A DNA stretch of 64,000 nucleotides from Candidatus Bathyarchaeia archaeon (GCA_038727135.1 JAVYWL010000004.1:92644-156643), one strand, 5' to 3'; shown: positions 18,700 through 28,683, counted from the first letter of the stretch. Translations and numbers: made by a program. The notes: generated by a model from the sequence alone, not told the origin.

Positions 18700-20235
18700 T
18701 TAATACCTCTCCCTAAGTTTTGGGTTGAATATTTCGTCTAGAGCGTATCCAATGAAGATGAATGATATTGAAATTGCTGCTATACATAAGCCAGGCGGGA
18801 GGACCCACCACCATTTTTGAACACCTCCGGGAGCCAGCAAAGCATCGTGAAGCATCCTTCCCCACGTCATCACTTCTGTTGGGTATAGCCCGAGGAAGCT
18901 AAGATATGCCTCTGAATAAATGGCTGCAGGGGCTGAAGTCGCCAGCGTGACATAAACCAGATTCATAACGTTTGGAGTTAAGACTTTAAAAATTATGTAA
19001 AGGTTGTCTCCTCCTAGAATTTTTGATGCTTCAACGAAAGGTCTTTCTTTGAGACTGAGAATTTGGGATCTGACTATTCTGGCAAAACTCATCCACCCGA
19101 GGAGGGATATCGCTATAATTATAATCCATAACGACGGACCGAGAACGGCTACCAACACTAAAAGTAATGGGAGTTCAGGTATTACCAAAAATGCGTCTGT
19201 TATTCTCATTAAGACCTCGTCTACGAACCCCCCGAAATATCCAGAGAGCAACCCTATAATCAGCCCTATGCCTGTGGAGAAGAGCGCTCCGAGAAATCCG
19301 ACCAGAAGGGATATTCTTGTTCCATAGATTAGTTGAGAGAATATGTCTCGTCCGAACCTGTCGGTTCCAAGTAAACCGAAGGCTTCCCCAAATAATTTTA
19401 GGTTAAGGTCATCTATGTAAACTGTAACGTTCATCAGTTCTTTACTGAAAAGGATTTCAACGCCGAAGGTATAGTTTGTTTGTTTTGAGAATACTTTTCT
19501 GTCTGGATCTAAGATGTCAGAATCTATGAGTTTAGGATATGGCTTAAGTCCAGTTATGCTTGGTTTAATCCATGTTCCGATTTCATAGATTCCCCCCTGC
19601 CTTCTAAGGCCTTCTTGTGGAGACCACAAAACTGTTTTGCTTCCATCATGTTGTTCAATGAAAACTGTAATGTTGAGGTTATACATCGTTACAGTAGTGT
19701 TTTCAGGAGCATCAACTTTAAGAGAAATTGTTCCAGTCCATTTAACCGGCGGGTTTCCGTAGGGATAAACAAACTCTTTAGATAAAACGGCCTTTATTCC
19801 CCCTATCAGTGGAGTTTCAGAGCGGTTTAAGTTTATAGCTATGCAGCCTGGGCCGCTTTGTGGACTTCCCTCGTTATATAAGTATTTCAGGGAAATGCAT
19901 TGAATTGTTGCGTTTGTAATAAACCTCCATTGTTGTAGTGATGTGCTCGTAGAAAACCCCGGATCTTCAATGGGGTTTAGGTTTTCGCTGACGCTTCCGT
20001 AACCTGGTATGTATCTTATCCAAGAAGGCTTGGCGAGAGGACTGGCAATGATTTCTTTTGGTATTTCTATGGGGTCATAGGGGGCAATTATAGGCGCCGC
20101 TAGAGCTATAAAAACAAACAAAGTTAGTATAGCTATACCTAAAACCCCTCTTTTGTTCTGCATGATAATTTTTAATACGTTAATGAATCCTTTCAGGCGC
20201 AGCGCCAATTTTGTCTTGTGAAGTTTTGGCATCAA
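18700..20235 (-). CDS. Oligopeptide ABC permease (OppC/DppC) with large extracellular insertion
   Basis: LGTDRFGRD, EAA loop (FVEASKILGG), WGRML; ~230-aa beta-rich insert after TM1. Confidence 0.93.
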   Translation of the reverse strand: MMPKLHKTKLALRLKGFINVLKIIMQNKRGVLGIAILTLFVFIALAAPIIAPYDPIEIPKEIIASPLAKPSWIRYIPGYGSVSENLNPIEDPGFSTSTSLQQWRFITNATIQCISLKYLYNEGSPQSGPGCIAINLNRSETPLIGGIKAVLSKEFVYPYGNPPVKWTGTISLKVDAPENTTVTMYNLNITVFIEQHDGSKTVLWSPQEGLRRQGGIYEIGTWIKPSITGLKPYPKLIDSDILDPDRKVFSKQTNYTFGVEILFSKELMNVTVYIDDLNLKLFGEAFGLLGTDRFGRDIFSQLIYGTRISLLVGFLGALFSTGIGLIIGLLSGYFGGFVDEVLMRITDAFLVIPELPLLLVLVAVLGPSLWIIIIAISLLGWMSFARIVRSQILSLKERPFVEASKILGGDNLYIIFKVLTPNVMNLVYVTLATSAPAAIYSEAYLSFLGLYPTEVMTWGRMLHDALLAPGGVQKWWWVLPPGLCIAAISISFIFIGYALDEIFNPKLRERY

Positions 20236-20238
20236 ATT

Positions 20239-21219
20239 TCACCCGTATCTTATTCGCGGGTCGATAACTCCGTAAACGATGTCGACTATGAAGTTAGCAG
20301 CGATCACGCATAGACTTACAAGGTAAAATATTGTTTGGAGCGCTGGATAATCCCAGCTTTCAATGGACTGCCAGATCCACATTCCTAATCCTGGATATTG
20401 GAAAACCGTTTCTGTTAGCATAGCCCCAGATAAGGTGAGGCCGAAGGCTATTCCAACCTGCGTTATTATTGGTAATGAAGCATTTTTCAATGCGTGTTTA
20501 AAGAGTATTTTTGTGTCACTGATTCCTTTCGCTTTTAAAGTGACCAAATAATCCTCGCTTAAAACTTCCAGCATTGAGGCCCTTGTTAAAAGAACGTATC
20601 CTCCTCCGCTTAGTAATACCAGTGCTAAGGCGGGCAAGAATAAATGGTGAAGGCGAACTGCAAGTTCCACTAAAAAATTTTCGGGTTTTCCATAAATAGC
20701 CCACTCTGGTGGAAACGAAAAACCGGGAGGAAACCAGTGTAAAGTATATGAAAAGATTAGAAGCAAAAGCATTCCTACCCAAAATACAGGTAATCCCTGT
20801 GTGACTACTGCAAGGCCGGAGATCAATGTGTCTATGATTCCTCCTCTTTTACTGGCTGCTATTACTCCGAGGGCTAGTCCAACTATGACTGCTAATATTT
20901 CTGCAGTGATGCACAATGTAAGAGTGTTCTGGAGACGTGAAGAAATTTCAAGGGATACGGCTTGCCCTGTGCGGTAGGAGTAGCCAAATTGAAAAGTTAG
21001 GAGGTTTTGAATGTACTTTAAGTATCTAACATGAAGGGGGTCGAGCAGTCCGAAGCGTTCGTATAACTCTTGAATCTGTTCTTGCCGCAGTTTTTTCCCG
21101 CCAGCCAAAATTTGTACGGGGTTTCTAACCATAAATATGAAGAAGTTGATGGTGATTACCACAAAAATTAAGATGATGGAGTAAATGGCCTTTTTAGCGA
21201 TGTATGTCCGAAGCCCCAT
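20239..21219 (-). CDS. Oligopeptide ABC permease (OppB/DppB)
   Basis: EDYLVTLKAKG, HALKNA, ETVF..PGLG, DIVYGVIDPRIRY. Confidence 0.95.
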   Translation of the reverse strand: MGLRTYIAKKAIYSIILIFVVITINFFIFMVRNPVQILAGGKKLRQEQIQELYERFGLLDPLHVRYLKYIQNLLTFQFGYSYRTGQAVSLEISSRLQNTLTLCITAEILAVIVGLALGVIAASKRGGIIDTLISGLAVVTQGLPVFWVGMLLLLIFSYTLHWFPPGFSFPPEWAIYGKPENFLVELAVRLHHLFLPALALVLLSGGGYVLLTRASMLEVLSEDYLVTLKAKGISDTKILFKHALKNASLPIITQVGIAFGLTLSGAMLTETVFQYPGLGMWIWQSIESWDYPALQTIFYLVSLCVIAANFIVDIVYGVIDPRIRYG

Positions 21220-21323
21220 TTCTTGCCTCCAATGAATTTCTATAATTGTAATTTTTAATCGCGGTTTTTATTAAACTTTAGTTCAATGAAAAAGCATGGA
21301 TGAAATAAAAAATAAATGGGGTG

Positions 21324-23231
21324 TTAAGTCACTTTGCTTCTCTTTCTAAGGATTAGAACTGCAGTGGCTACCACGATTACAACGACTATTACCGCCGCAA
21401 CTACGTAGGGCGTGATGTCTGGTTTTTGCGCAGGCGTCACAACTTCTTCGCTTGGAACGTATCTGAAGAAGTATGGGTTTGCTCTTAGAAGCCACCACTC
21501 GTTTGGTTGGTGTCCTGCGATTACGTAGGGTCCCGAGCATGTGAGATTGCCCGTTGTTACATATTCTCCTTGTTCTTCAACTTGTTCTGGTGGTATGTTT
21601 TCCCACACATGTTTTGGTATTATTGGGACGAATCCGACCATGTCGAGGAACCATATGGATTCGACGCTAAAGTAGATGATTACGGTATGTGGGTCTGGGG
21701 TCTCTATGTGTGGTGTGTCTGTATCTATGTCATCAATCATTTCAACGTATGGATAAAATGTGCTTCCCGCAGCGTCATACATGTATTTCATGGTAAACGC
21801 CACATCTTCCGAAGTTAACGGTATGCCATCGGACCATGTGAGGTTTTCAAAGAGATGGAATGTTATTTTTGTCGCGTTTTTTCCCTCATTGTCCCATTTT
21901 TCTATAGTCCAGTCTTTTGCAAAGTATGGAATGTGTTCTCCCGTGAATGGATCTCTTAAAACTAATGTGCCATAGAGCGCGCTTGCAAGGAACATGTCCC
22001 ATGTAGAGTATTGCGTCACCGGGTTTACGTGGTCAAGTTCCGAAAGCATTCCAAATCTTAAAACACCGCCCCTTAAAACGTCATCTGGATGTGCGTTCAA
22101 GAAGGTCCACCAATCAGAGACGCCTGCCGTGACGACGGCAAATTTCACATTGGGGAAGCCTTTCCACGGCATGTCCCAGTAAGCTTCTTCGCCTGACCAG
22201 TGTCCATATTTGGCTCTGTAGGCTGTTGCTCCAGCTGAGTGGTACACTGGGATTAGGGGCACTTGGTCCATCATTATTGCTAGGGCTTGTTTAAATGCGT
22301 ATTTTGCCGTTTCGATGTCTGGTGCGTACTTAAATTGTGTAATCCAGTAATCGTATGTTTCATTCATGAAGAATACGTTGTTCCAAGCCCAGTCTATGTT
22401 GGGATCTGCAAATTGGCTGTGCCAGTAGTCATAGAAGAACAGTAGGTTGTTGTAGGGTCCCAACCCCTCTGTGTATATGTGGTAATCATAGGGCATGCAA
22501 TAAGCGTGATCCCAGCATACTTCCTTGTCAACCACAAACATGTGTACGGGAATTCCTACTTTTTCTAATTCAGCTGCATGCATCATCCCCAAAGCCGCCC
22601 TAAGTGGGTCATCCTCTCTCGCATAATATTTTAGCTCCGGCAAATCGAAGATGGTCCCATTTGGAGCTTTCCACTCTAACCAATCGTCAGAAGGATCCCA
22701 ATTGTCGTAGCCAGCATCCTTAAGTATTTGAACAGCAGCATCTGGATTATACCAGTATTTCGGAGCATCTGGATTATACCAGTCAGACCATTCTGGCTCG
22801 GACCATACCATGCTGTCCATCAACTCGCCAGCAAAAGCACGCAACACATTCGTGTAAAAGTCTTCGTATGGAACAAGGTAGGCTATGGCTTTCCTAAAGC
22901 GGTAATCACTGGTCGGCCATCTCAGACAGTTTAAGTCGAGGGGGTAGCTGTCCCACATAGTTAACGGTTCTATAACAAAGTTGGGATCATTTTTCAATTC
23001 TTGCCAACTTTCATAGGTCAAAGGCCAATCCATAACATCGATCTGACCTTGTTTAAACGCTTGATACTCTTGGTCATACCCTTGATAAATTATTAATTGA
23101 AGATGATTGACTCTCGGCCCCCGTATTTCAACGGTTTCTTCCTCGGCTTGAGTTGAAATCGGAGTTAAGCTTAAGAGCAAAACTGCCAGCATCAAAATTA
23201 AAGCCATTTGCCTATAACAATCTTTATACAT
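21324..23231 (-). CDS. Peptide ABC transporter substrate-binding protein (family 5), signal peptide and C-terminal TM anchor
   Basis: Start moved to ATG 23231 (signal peptide follows; avoids overlap with the KH gene); FRKAIAY, WSDGIPLTSEDVAFT, SGPY, ANPYFF. Confidence 0.9.
   Translation of the reverse strand: MYKDCYRQMALILMLAVLLLSLTPISTQAEEETVEIRGPRVNHLQLIIYQGYDQEYQAFKQGQIDVMDWPLTYESWQELKNDPNFVIEPLTMWDSYPLDLNCLRWPTSDYRFRKAIAYLVPYEDFYTNVLRAFAGELMDSMVWSEPEWSDWYNPDAPKYWYNPDAAVQILKDAGYDNWDPSDDWLEWKAPNGTIFDLPELKYYAREDDPLRAALGMMHAAELEKVGIPVHMFVVDKEVCWDHAYCMPYDYHIYTEGLGPYNNLLFFYDYWHSQFADPNIDWAWNNVFFMNETYDYWITQFKYAPDIETAKYAFKQALAIMMDQVPLIPVYHSAGATAYRAKYGHWSGEEAYWDMPWKGFPNVKFAVVTAGVSDWWTFLNAHPDDVLRGGVLRFGMLSELDHVNPVTQYSTWDMFLASALYGTLVLRDPFTGEHIPYFAKDWTIEKWDNEGKNATKITFHLFENLTWSDGIPLTSEDVAFTMKYMYDAAGSTFYPYVEMIDDIDTDTPHIETPDPHTVIIYFSVESIWFLDMVGFVPIIPKHVWENIPPEQVEEQGEYVTTGNLTCSGPYVIAGHQPNEWWLLRANPYFFRYVPSEEVVTPAQKPDITPYVVAAVIVVVIVVATAVLILRKRSKVT
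22737..22783. repeat. Perfect 20-bp direct repeat (27-nt period) inside the SBP gene
   Basis: AGCATCTGGATTATACCAGT at 22737 and 22764; encodes WYNPDA twice. Confidence 0.85.
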
Positions 23232-23337
23232 TTTCCTTCCTCTTCGACGGAATTGTTTGTTTTTTAAGTTAAAAGTTAATTTAAGTTTTATGGAAACTAA
23301 AAGGAAATAGGCGCCATGTTGTATACTCTCTCCGAAT

Positions 23338-23910
23338 TTATTCTGGTTTCTCCCAGAGTTCCAGCATTCCTTTTTTAAGTTCTCTGCGTTTTCTGTGGAG
23401 GAATTTGTAGACTGTTGCGTGCTGTCGTCCTTCAATCAGCATTTGGATGGCTTCTCTAGCCACTTGGGCATTTTCGATTTTTCCGATGATGCTTACGGTG
23501 TGTCCGTAAACAGCTATGTTTGTATCCGTTAACTCTTCTATTATTCTTCTTGTTTTGCCGTCCATGCCAATTATTCGACCTTTTACACGTCTTATGTCTG
23601 ATTCTGATCTTCCGAAGATTATTCGTAAATCTATAATGTCTAGGACGGCTTCTTCGTCTTGAATTAGTTTGAAGGCGTGTTCTGGTGAGAAGCCTCTACC
23701 TATGGCGGTTACGACATCTTTGGCTCTCAGAAGGACAGATGGATCTTCGGCGTTTTCAGCCAGCGTTATTGTTACGCCGCCGGTGTCGCTTTCTATTTGA
23801 AGTTCAACTGAAAGCGTTTTTTCAATAGCCCTTTTAGTCTCTCCTTTAGGGCCTATCAGCACGCCGACGCGTTCCTTAGGGATTCTCACAAAAGTGCTAG
23901 GCTGGGCCAA
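23338..23910 (-). CDS. KH-domain pre-rRNA processing protein (Dim2/Pno1)
   Basis: RVGVLIGPKG, AIGRGFSPE, GRIIG.DGKTR; start likely TTG 23910. Confidence 0.93.
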   Translation of the reverse strand: MAQPSTFVRIPKERVGVLIGPKGETKRAIEKTLSVELQIESDTGGVTITLAENAEDPSVLLRAKDVVTAIGRGFSPEHAFKLIQDEEAVLDIIDLRIIFGRSESDIRRVKGRIIGMDGKTRRIIEELTDTNIAVYGHTVSIIGKIENAQVAREAIQMLIEGRQHATVYKFLHRKRRELKKGMLELWEKPE

Positions 23911-24694
23911 TTCCAGTAACCATCCTATAAAACTCGTTTGGCGGGAGAACTTCAATGCCTAAGCGGCTGAAAAATCTGTTAATGTTGGCTATGTCTCTGT
24001 TTAGGAGGAAGTCAGCCATCGGGTGGGATAATGGGACAGCTTGCGACATGTCGAAGAGCACTGGTCGTCCTTTCCAAATCATAATGTTGTATTCACTTAA
24101 GTCGCCATGGACAAGTTCTGCCTTTTGGTAGAGACGCTTAAGATAAGTTATAAGCATTTTATAAATTCGCTCTGGGTTTTCTGGAGGCTGCTCCTTCATA
24201 GATGGTGCGCTTATGCCGTTTTTTCCAATAAACTCCATTATGAGGACGTTGTTTCTCACGGCTATGGGTTTTGGCACCCTAACCTTTGCGGCTAACGCTT
24301 GCTCAAGGTTTTTAAACTCTTTCTGAGCCCATGCGAAGATTAACGAGCGAGTGTCACGTTTCACATTTTTAAACCTTGGATCGCCCTCTATGTATTTTAG
24401 CATTCCCTTTCTGAATTCAGCTGAAACCGTTAGGTAGATTTTTATTGCCAGCTCATTTCCAGCCTTGTCCTTTCCCCAGTAGACGCGGGACTCTTTTCCA
24501 GCCTTTACAACGCCATAGATTCTGTCTATGATACCGCTGTTCATGAAGTCGTATATGACCATGAGGGTTGAGCGGTCAAAAACTTCCTCTAAAACTTCGT
24601 ATTCTTCGCTTCTCTTCTCCTTCATCAGCTGTTCAATTTCGTATTCCTTCTCCTCTTCATGGAGCTTTTTCTCAACACGTTCTCGAAAAGCCAA
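23897..24694 (-). CDS. rio1: RIO1 serine kinase
   Basis: GKESRVY, AIKIY, WAQKEFKNL, LVHGDLSEYNI, DMSQAV. Confidence 0.95.
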   Translation of the reverse strand: MAFRERVEKKLHEEEKEYEIEQLMKEKRSEEYEVLEEVFDRSTLMVIYDFMNSGIIDRIYGVVKAGKESRVYWGKDKAGNELAIKIYLTVSAEFRKGMLKYIEGDPRFKNVKRDTRSLIFAWAQKEFKNLEQALAAKVRVPKPIAVRNNVLIMEFIGKNGISAPSMKEQPPENPERIYKMLITYLKRLYQKAELVHGDLSEYNIMIWKGRPVLFDMSQAVPLSHPMADFLLNRDIANINRFFSRLGIEVLPPNEFYRMVTGIGPA

Positions 24695-24710
24695 ACCTAC
24701 GCTTCACATC

Positions 24711-25016
24711 CTAAATTGTCAAATAACCCTTCTTGCGGAGCCATTCCGCTTGTGCATGGGTATAACGCCAAATCACATCTCCACGGATGTTAGACTGGAA
24801 ATCCCATGGGGAGACTAGGACAACGTCTCCTTCGCGAATCCAAACCCGTCTCTTCATCTTACCCCTTATCCGGCATAACCGCTCATTTCCATCCTGACAC
24901 TTAACAAGTACACGATCAAAGCCGAGAAGTTTAACGGCTACGCCTAAAACATCGTTCCCGGATGGTAGCACCATCTCGCTTAATTCTTCCTCGCTTATGA
25001 CCTTCTTCTTTCCCAA
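24711..25016 (-). CDS. eif1a: Translation initiation factor aIF-1A
   Basis: RLCRIRGKMKRRVWIREGDVVLVSPWDFQ. Confidence 0.96.
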   Translation of the reverse strand: MGKKKVISEEELSEMVLPSGNDVLGVAVKLLGFDRVLVKCQDGNERLCRIRGKMKRRVWIREGDVVLVSPWDFQSNIRGDVIWRYTHAQAEWLRKKGYLTI

Positions 25017-25112
25017 TCAGGCACCTCAAAGCATTAGCCTTAAACGCTTCTCTTATAAAGAGACACTCTTCTCCCTTAAAAGCATGTATGCTTAATGTAA
25101 AGCCTAGAAAAT

Positions 25113-25409
25113 CTAAAGCTTCACTATCTGCGCGTGCGGCACTCCCTCTATATTTAGGATAGCCTCTGGGTGGACGTAGCCCTTTTCAACAGCCTTCTGC
25201 ACAATGTTTTTTCCAACCATGTTAACAATAGTTGAGTTTTCTATCATGGCTATGGCTTCTTCAAGCTCCACCTCTGCACCCTTGTAAAACTCTTCTGTTA
25301 CATGAAAGACCATTTTCCCTTCGCGCAGTGTTTTTCCGAGAATTTCGGCATCGCAGATGGACAACAATACGTTGTTGCCGATTTTTCGGATTTTCATGTA
25401 GCACTTCAA
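25113..25409 (-). CDS. DUF424 family protein
   Basis: ICD.EILGK...EEFYKG...NMVG...GVPHAQ; usual neighbour of aIF-2beta. Confidence 0.9.
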   Translation of the reverse strand: MKCYMKIRKIGNNVLLSICDAEILGKTLREGKMVFHVTEEFYKGAEVELEEAIAMIENSTIVNMVGKNIVQKAVEKGYVHPEAILNIEGVPHAQIVKL

Positions 25410-25423
25410 CTTTCAGACGCTCT

Positions 25424-25849
25424 TTATAAGTGTCTGACGGAGGACTTTGCGCCGCAAGCTTCGCAAACGAGGAAGGATAGGCGCTTTTCCTTCACAATTT
25501 TTGTGTCTGGACGCTTGCAAACTGGACACGTAACAAAGGTTTCCATGTATCGCTGTAGGAGCCTCTCTATGGTTTCTCTTGGAAACTTGCCTTGAAAAAT
25601 AACCCGTGACTCTTGCGTTATCGCCGCCGTCGCCAACTCTCCCGTCAGAAACTTTAAAATGTGCTGGGGGTCTCGGTTCAACGTTTCAGCAATCTCTTTA
25701 AAATTGTGCACTATTGTACGCATGCCCACAACCGTGTAATGGAGACTTGGAATTTCCAGCCTCTCCCGTTTTGAAGTCACTTCCGGAAGTTGGGAACGCG
25801 CCCTTTTAAGCAGCGCTTCATAGTCATATTTCATTGGCGGATGCTCCAA
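25424..25849 (-). CDS. eif2b: Translation initiation factor aIF-2 beta
   Basis: YEALLKRA, NF.EIA..LNRDP.H, CPVCKRPDT...CEACGA. Confidence 0.96.
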   Translation of the reverse strand: MEHPPMKYDYEALLKRARSQLPEVTSKRERLEIPSLHYTVVGMRTIVHNFKEIAETLNRDPQHILKFLTGELATAAITQESRVIFQGKFPRETIERLLQRYMETFVTCPVCKRPDTKIVKEKRLSFLVCEACGAKSSVRHL

Positions 25850-25922
25850 GAAACATGAAAGGAATCATTCTATTTAAAACTTAATACGCCAAAACAATGA
25901 AACATAATGGAAGGGAAATTGT

Positions 25923-26435
25923 TTGGGCTACATCTACCTTTACACCGGAACCGGTGCCGGAAAGACAACAAACGCTTTAGGTTTAGCCTTACGTTCCATC
26001 GGTCATAAGCATAGGGTGGTTATAATTCAGTTCTTGAAATGGTGGAAAAACACTGGAGAATACAAGATTAGGAAGATGCTTGCACCTTATTATGAGATTT
26101 ACCAGTTTGGCCGCAAGGGGTGGCATGGGCTAAGCAATCTAGGTGAAGAAGACAAGAAACTGGCTAAGAAAGCGTTAAAATTTGCAGAAAAAATTGTTAA
26201 GGAGAAAAAGCCCCACTTGCTTGTCTTGGACGAGATTAATTTGGCACTGCACTGCAAACTTCTAGACGTAAAAGAGGTTTTGGAATTTTTGGACAAAATT
26301 CCAAAGAGAACAGATGTTGTGCTGACAGGGCGGTATGCCCCAAAAGAGTTGATTGATAGAGCCGAGTTTGTAAACGAGATTGTTGACATTAAGCATCCAG
26401 CCGAAATGGTTACAACAAAGGGCATACAATACTGA
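25923..26435 (+). CDS. cobO: Cob(I)yrinic acid a,c-diamide adenosyltransferase (CobO/BtuR)
   Basis: YTGTGAGKTT.ALGLALR, QFLK, LDEIN, VLTGR, KGI.Y. Confidence 0.9.
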   Translation: MGYIYLYTGTGAGKTTNALGLALRSIGHKHRVVIIQFLKWWKNTGEYKIRKMLAPYYEIYQFGRKGWHGLSNLGEEDKKLAKKALKFAEKIVKEKKPHLLVLDEINLALHCKLLDVKEVLEFLDKIPKRTDVVLTGRYAPKELIDRAEFVNEIVDIKHPAEMVTTKGIQY

Positions 26436-26449
26436 AATTGGCGTGAGGC

Positions 26450-27226
26450 TTGAGATTGGTCAGAGAAGATGAGCCAATTTTTACACCGCAAGATTTTATC
26501 CGCTATGTAGCGGAGGTTAAAAAGCTTCCCATAAGCGTAATAAAAGTCCCGGAACGCCTTTTAATCACGTACCAGAGAAGCGCATACGAATATGCAAAGT
26601 CCCTTATCAACGGCAAACCCCTCGAATGGTGGATTTATGGAGAAAACCAGCCCTTCTCTGTGGGAAAATTTAACAATGTGGAAGTTGGGTTGGGACGTTT
26701 CTGGATTGGCGCACCAGCCGCCGCAACAACATTAGAAGAGGTGATTGCTTGTGGTGCAAAGGAAATATTCGAGGTTGGGTTATCTGGGGGCTTGCAGCAG
26801 TTCCTAAAACCAGGAGACATTATTGTAGTGACCGAGGCAATACGGGATGAAGGGACATCACATCACTATTTTCCGCCTGAAGTGAAAGTTGAGTCCTCTG
26901 AAGATTTGAGGAATAGGCTGCTCAAGCAGCTAAACGCGGATGGTGTCAAATACTATTGTGGCACAGTTTGGTCAACGGACGGTGTTTATAGGGAGACCCG
27001 CAGAAAATTCCTCAAATTTAAGAGGACCGGTGTTTTGGCCGTAAACATGGAAACGTCAGCCATCTTTGCAGTTTCAAAATACCGAGGCGTTAAGGCAGCC
27101 TCTGTGCAGGTCATATCGGATGTTTTATCTGAAACCGGCTGGCTTCCAGCCTTCGAGCATGAAACGGTTAAAGATAGTGTAAAAATTGCAATTAACGCTG
27201 TTTTGAAGACGCTTTCAAAAAGTTGA
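26450..27226 (+). CDS. Nucleoside phosphorylase (uridine/PNP family)
   Basis: IGAP, AIRDEGTS.HY, WSTDG.YRET, VNMETSA. Confidence 0.9.
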   Translation: MRLVREDEPIFTPQDFIRYVAEVKKLPISVIKVPERLLITYQRSAYEYAKSLINGKPLEWWIYGENQPFSVGKFNNVEVGLGRFWIGAPAAATTLEEVIACGAKEIFEVGLSGGLQQFLKPGDIIVVTEAIRDEGTSHHYFPPEVKVESSEDLRNRLLKQLNADGVKYYCGTVWSTDGVYRETRRKFLKFKRTGVLAVNMETSAIFAVSKYRGVKAASVQVISDVLSETGWLPAFEHETVKDSVKIAINAVLKTLSKS

Positions 27227-27285
27227 TTGAAAAGCTTAAAGAGTGCTCAGTAGGTTAGTGTTTAATTCTCAATGGTGGAAAACGC

Positions 27286-28683
27286 TTGAAGAGGAAAGGT
27301 CACCCGTATATTCCAAACTCTAACCCGGAAATCAAGAAAGAGCTAATGAAGGAAATAGGCATAAAAAACATCGAGGAACTTTATGCAGACATCCCAGAAA
27401 AATATCTTCTCAAAAAACCGCTAAACCTTCCTGAAGCCCTATCGGAATATGAGGTTAGAAGGCATGTCGAAACTTTGCTATCAAAGAACAAGACATGCGA
27501 AGATATGCCAGTTTTCCTCGGTGCTGGATGCTGGCCTCATTATGTGCCAGCCGCGGTAAAAGAAATAGTTCAAAGAAGCGAGTTCCTAACTTCTTACACG
27601 CCTTATCAGCCTGAAATTTCGCAGGGCATGCTTCAAGCCCTTTTTGAGTATCAGAGTATGATTTGCGAATTAACAGCCATGGATGTTGCCAACTGCTCTA
27701 TGTATGATTGGGCTTCAGCCCTAGGCGAAGCAGCCCGCATGGCTTCAAGAGTAACTAGGCGAAACGAGATACTGGTTCCAAGGATTATCCATCCAGAAAG
27801 GAGGGTGACCCTTCAGACCTATACTGAACCAGCCGACATAAGCATAAGGGAGATAGCCTACAACCCCGAAACTGGACAACTAGACCTGAAAGATTTGGAA
27901 AACAAAATCTCCAGTAAAACAGCCGCCATTTACATAGAAAACCCATCTTATTTTGGATTTATTGAAGAGCATGTTGACGAGATAGGCAGTATAGCTCACA
28001 AGCATGGCGCCCTCTTCATTGTTGGTGTTGACCCAACATCCCTAGGAATCTTTAAGCCTCCAGGCGAGTATGGCGCAGACATGGTGGTCGGCGAGGCTCA
28101 GCCCCTCGGAAACCCAATGAATTTCGGCGGCCCCCTTTTGGGCATTTTTGCATGTCGTGATGACTTGAACCTTGTTAGGCAAATGCCCGGGCGCATCATA
28201 GGCCTAACAACAACCACAGATGGGGGCAAGCATGGGTTCTGTATGGTTTTGCAAACTCGTGAACAGCATATCAGAAGAGAGAAGGCCACCTCAAACATAT
28301 GCTCTAATGAAGCCTTGTGTGCTTTGGCTTCAGCTGTTTATATGGCTCTGCTGGGACCTCAAGGCTTGAGGGAGCTTGGCGAAACGATAATGTATAGAGC
28401 CAATTATGCCATACGCCTCCTTTCAAGTATAAAGGGCATAAGAGCCCCACTCTTCAAATCCCTGCACTTCAAGGAGTTCACCGTAAACTTTGATGATGCT
28501 GGCTTAAGCGTTAAAGACGTCAATCAGAAGCTTCTGAGCATTGGGGTCCACGGGGGCAAGGACATTTCAAAAGAGTTTCCAGAACTTGGCCAAACAGCCC
28601 TGTACTGCGTGACCGAAATTCATTCCAAAGAGGATATAGACCTTCTTGCAAAATCGCTTGAGAAAATCATCAAAAAGAGGTGA
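27286..28683 (+). CDS. gcvPA: Glycine dehydrogenase (decarboxylating) subunit 1
   Basis: SEFLTSYTPYQPEISQG, REQHIRREKATSNICSN. Confidence 0.96.
   Translation: MKRKGHPYIPNSNPEIKKELMKEIGIKNIEELYADIPEKYLLKKPLNLPEALSEYEVRRHVETLLSKNKTCEDMPVFLGAGCWPHYVPAAVKEIVQRSEFLTSYTPYQPEISQGMLQALFEYQSMICELTAMDVANCSMYDWASALGEAARMASRVTRRNEILVPRIIHPERRVTLQTYTEPADISIREIAYNPETGQLDLKDLENKISSKTAAIYIENPSYFGFIEEHVDEIGSIAHKHGALFIVGVDPTSLGIFKPPGEYGADMVVGEAQPLGNPMNFGGPLLGIFACRDDLNLVRQMPGRIIGLTTTTDGGKHGFCMVLQTREQHIRREKATSNICSNEALCALASAVYMALLGPQGLRELGETIMYRANYAIRLLSSIKGIRAPLFKSLHFKEFTVNFDDAGLSVKDVNQKLLSIGVHGGKDISKEFPELGQTALYCVTEIHSKEDIDLLAKSLEKIIKKR

Noticed and set aside
23232-23435. N-terminal extension of the SBP ORF in the track
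   Set aside because: Overlaps the KH gene and an AT-rich promoter; the signal peptide starts at 23231
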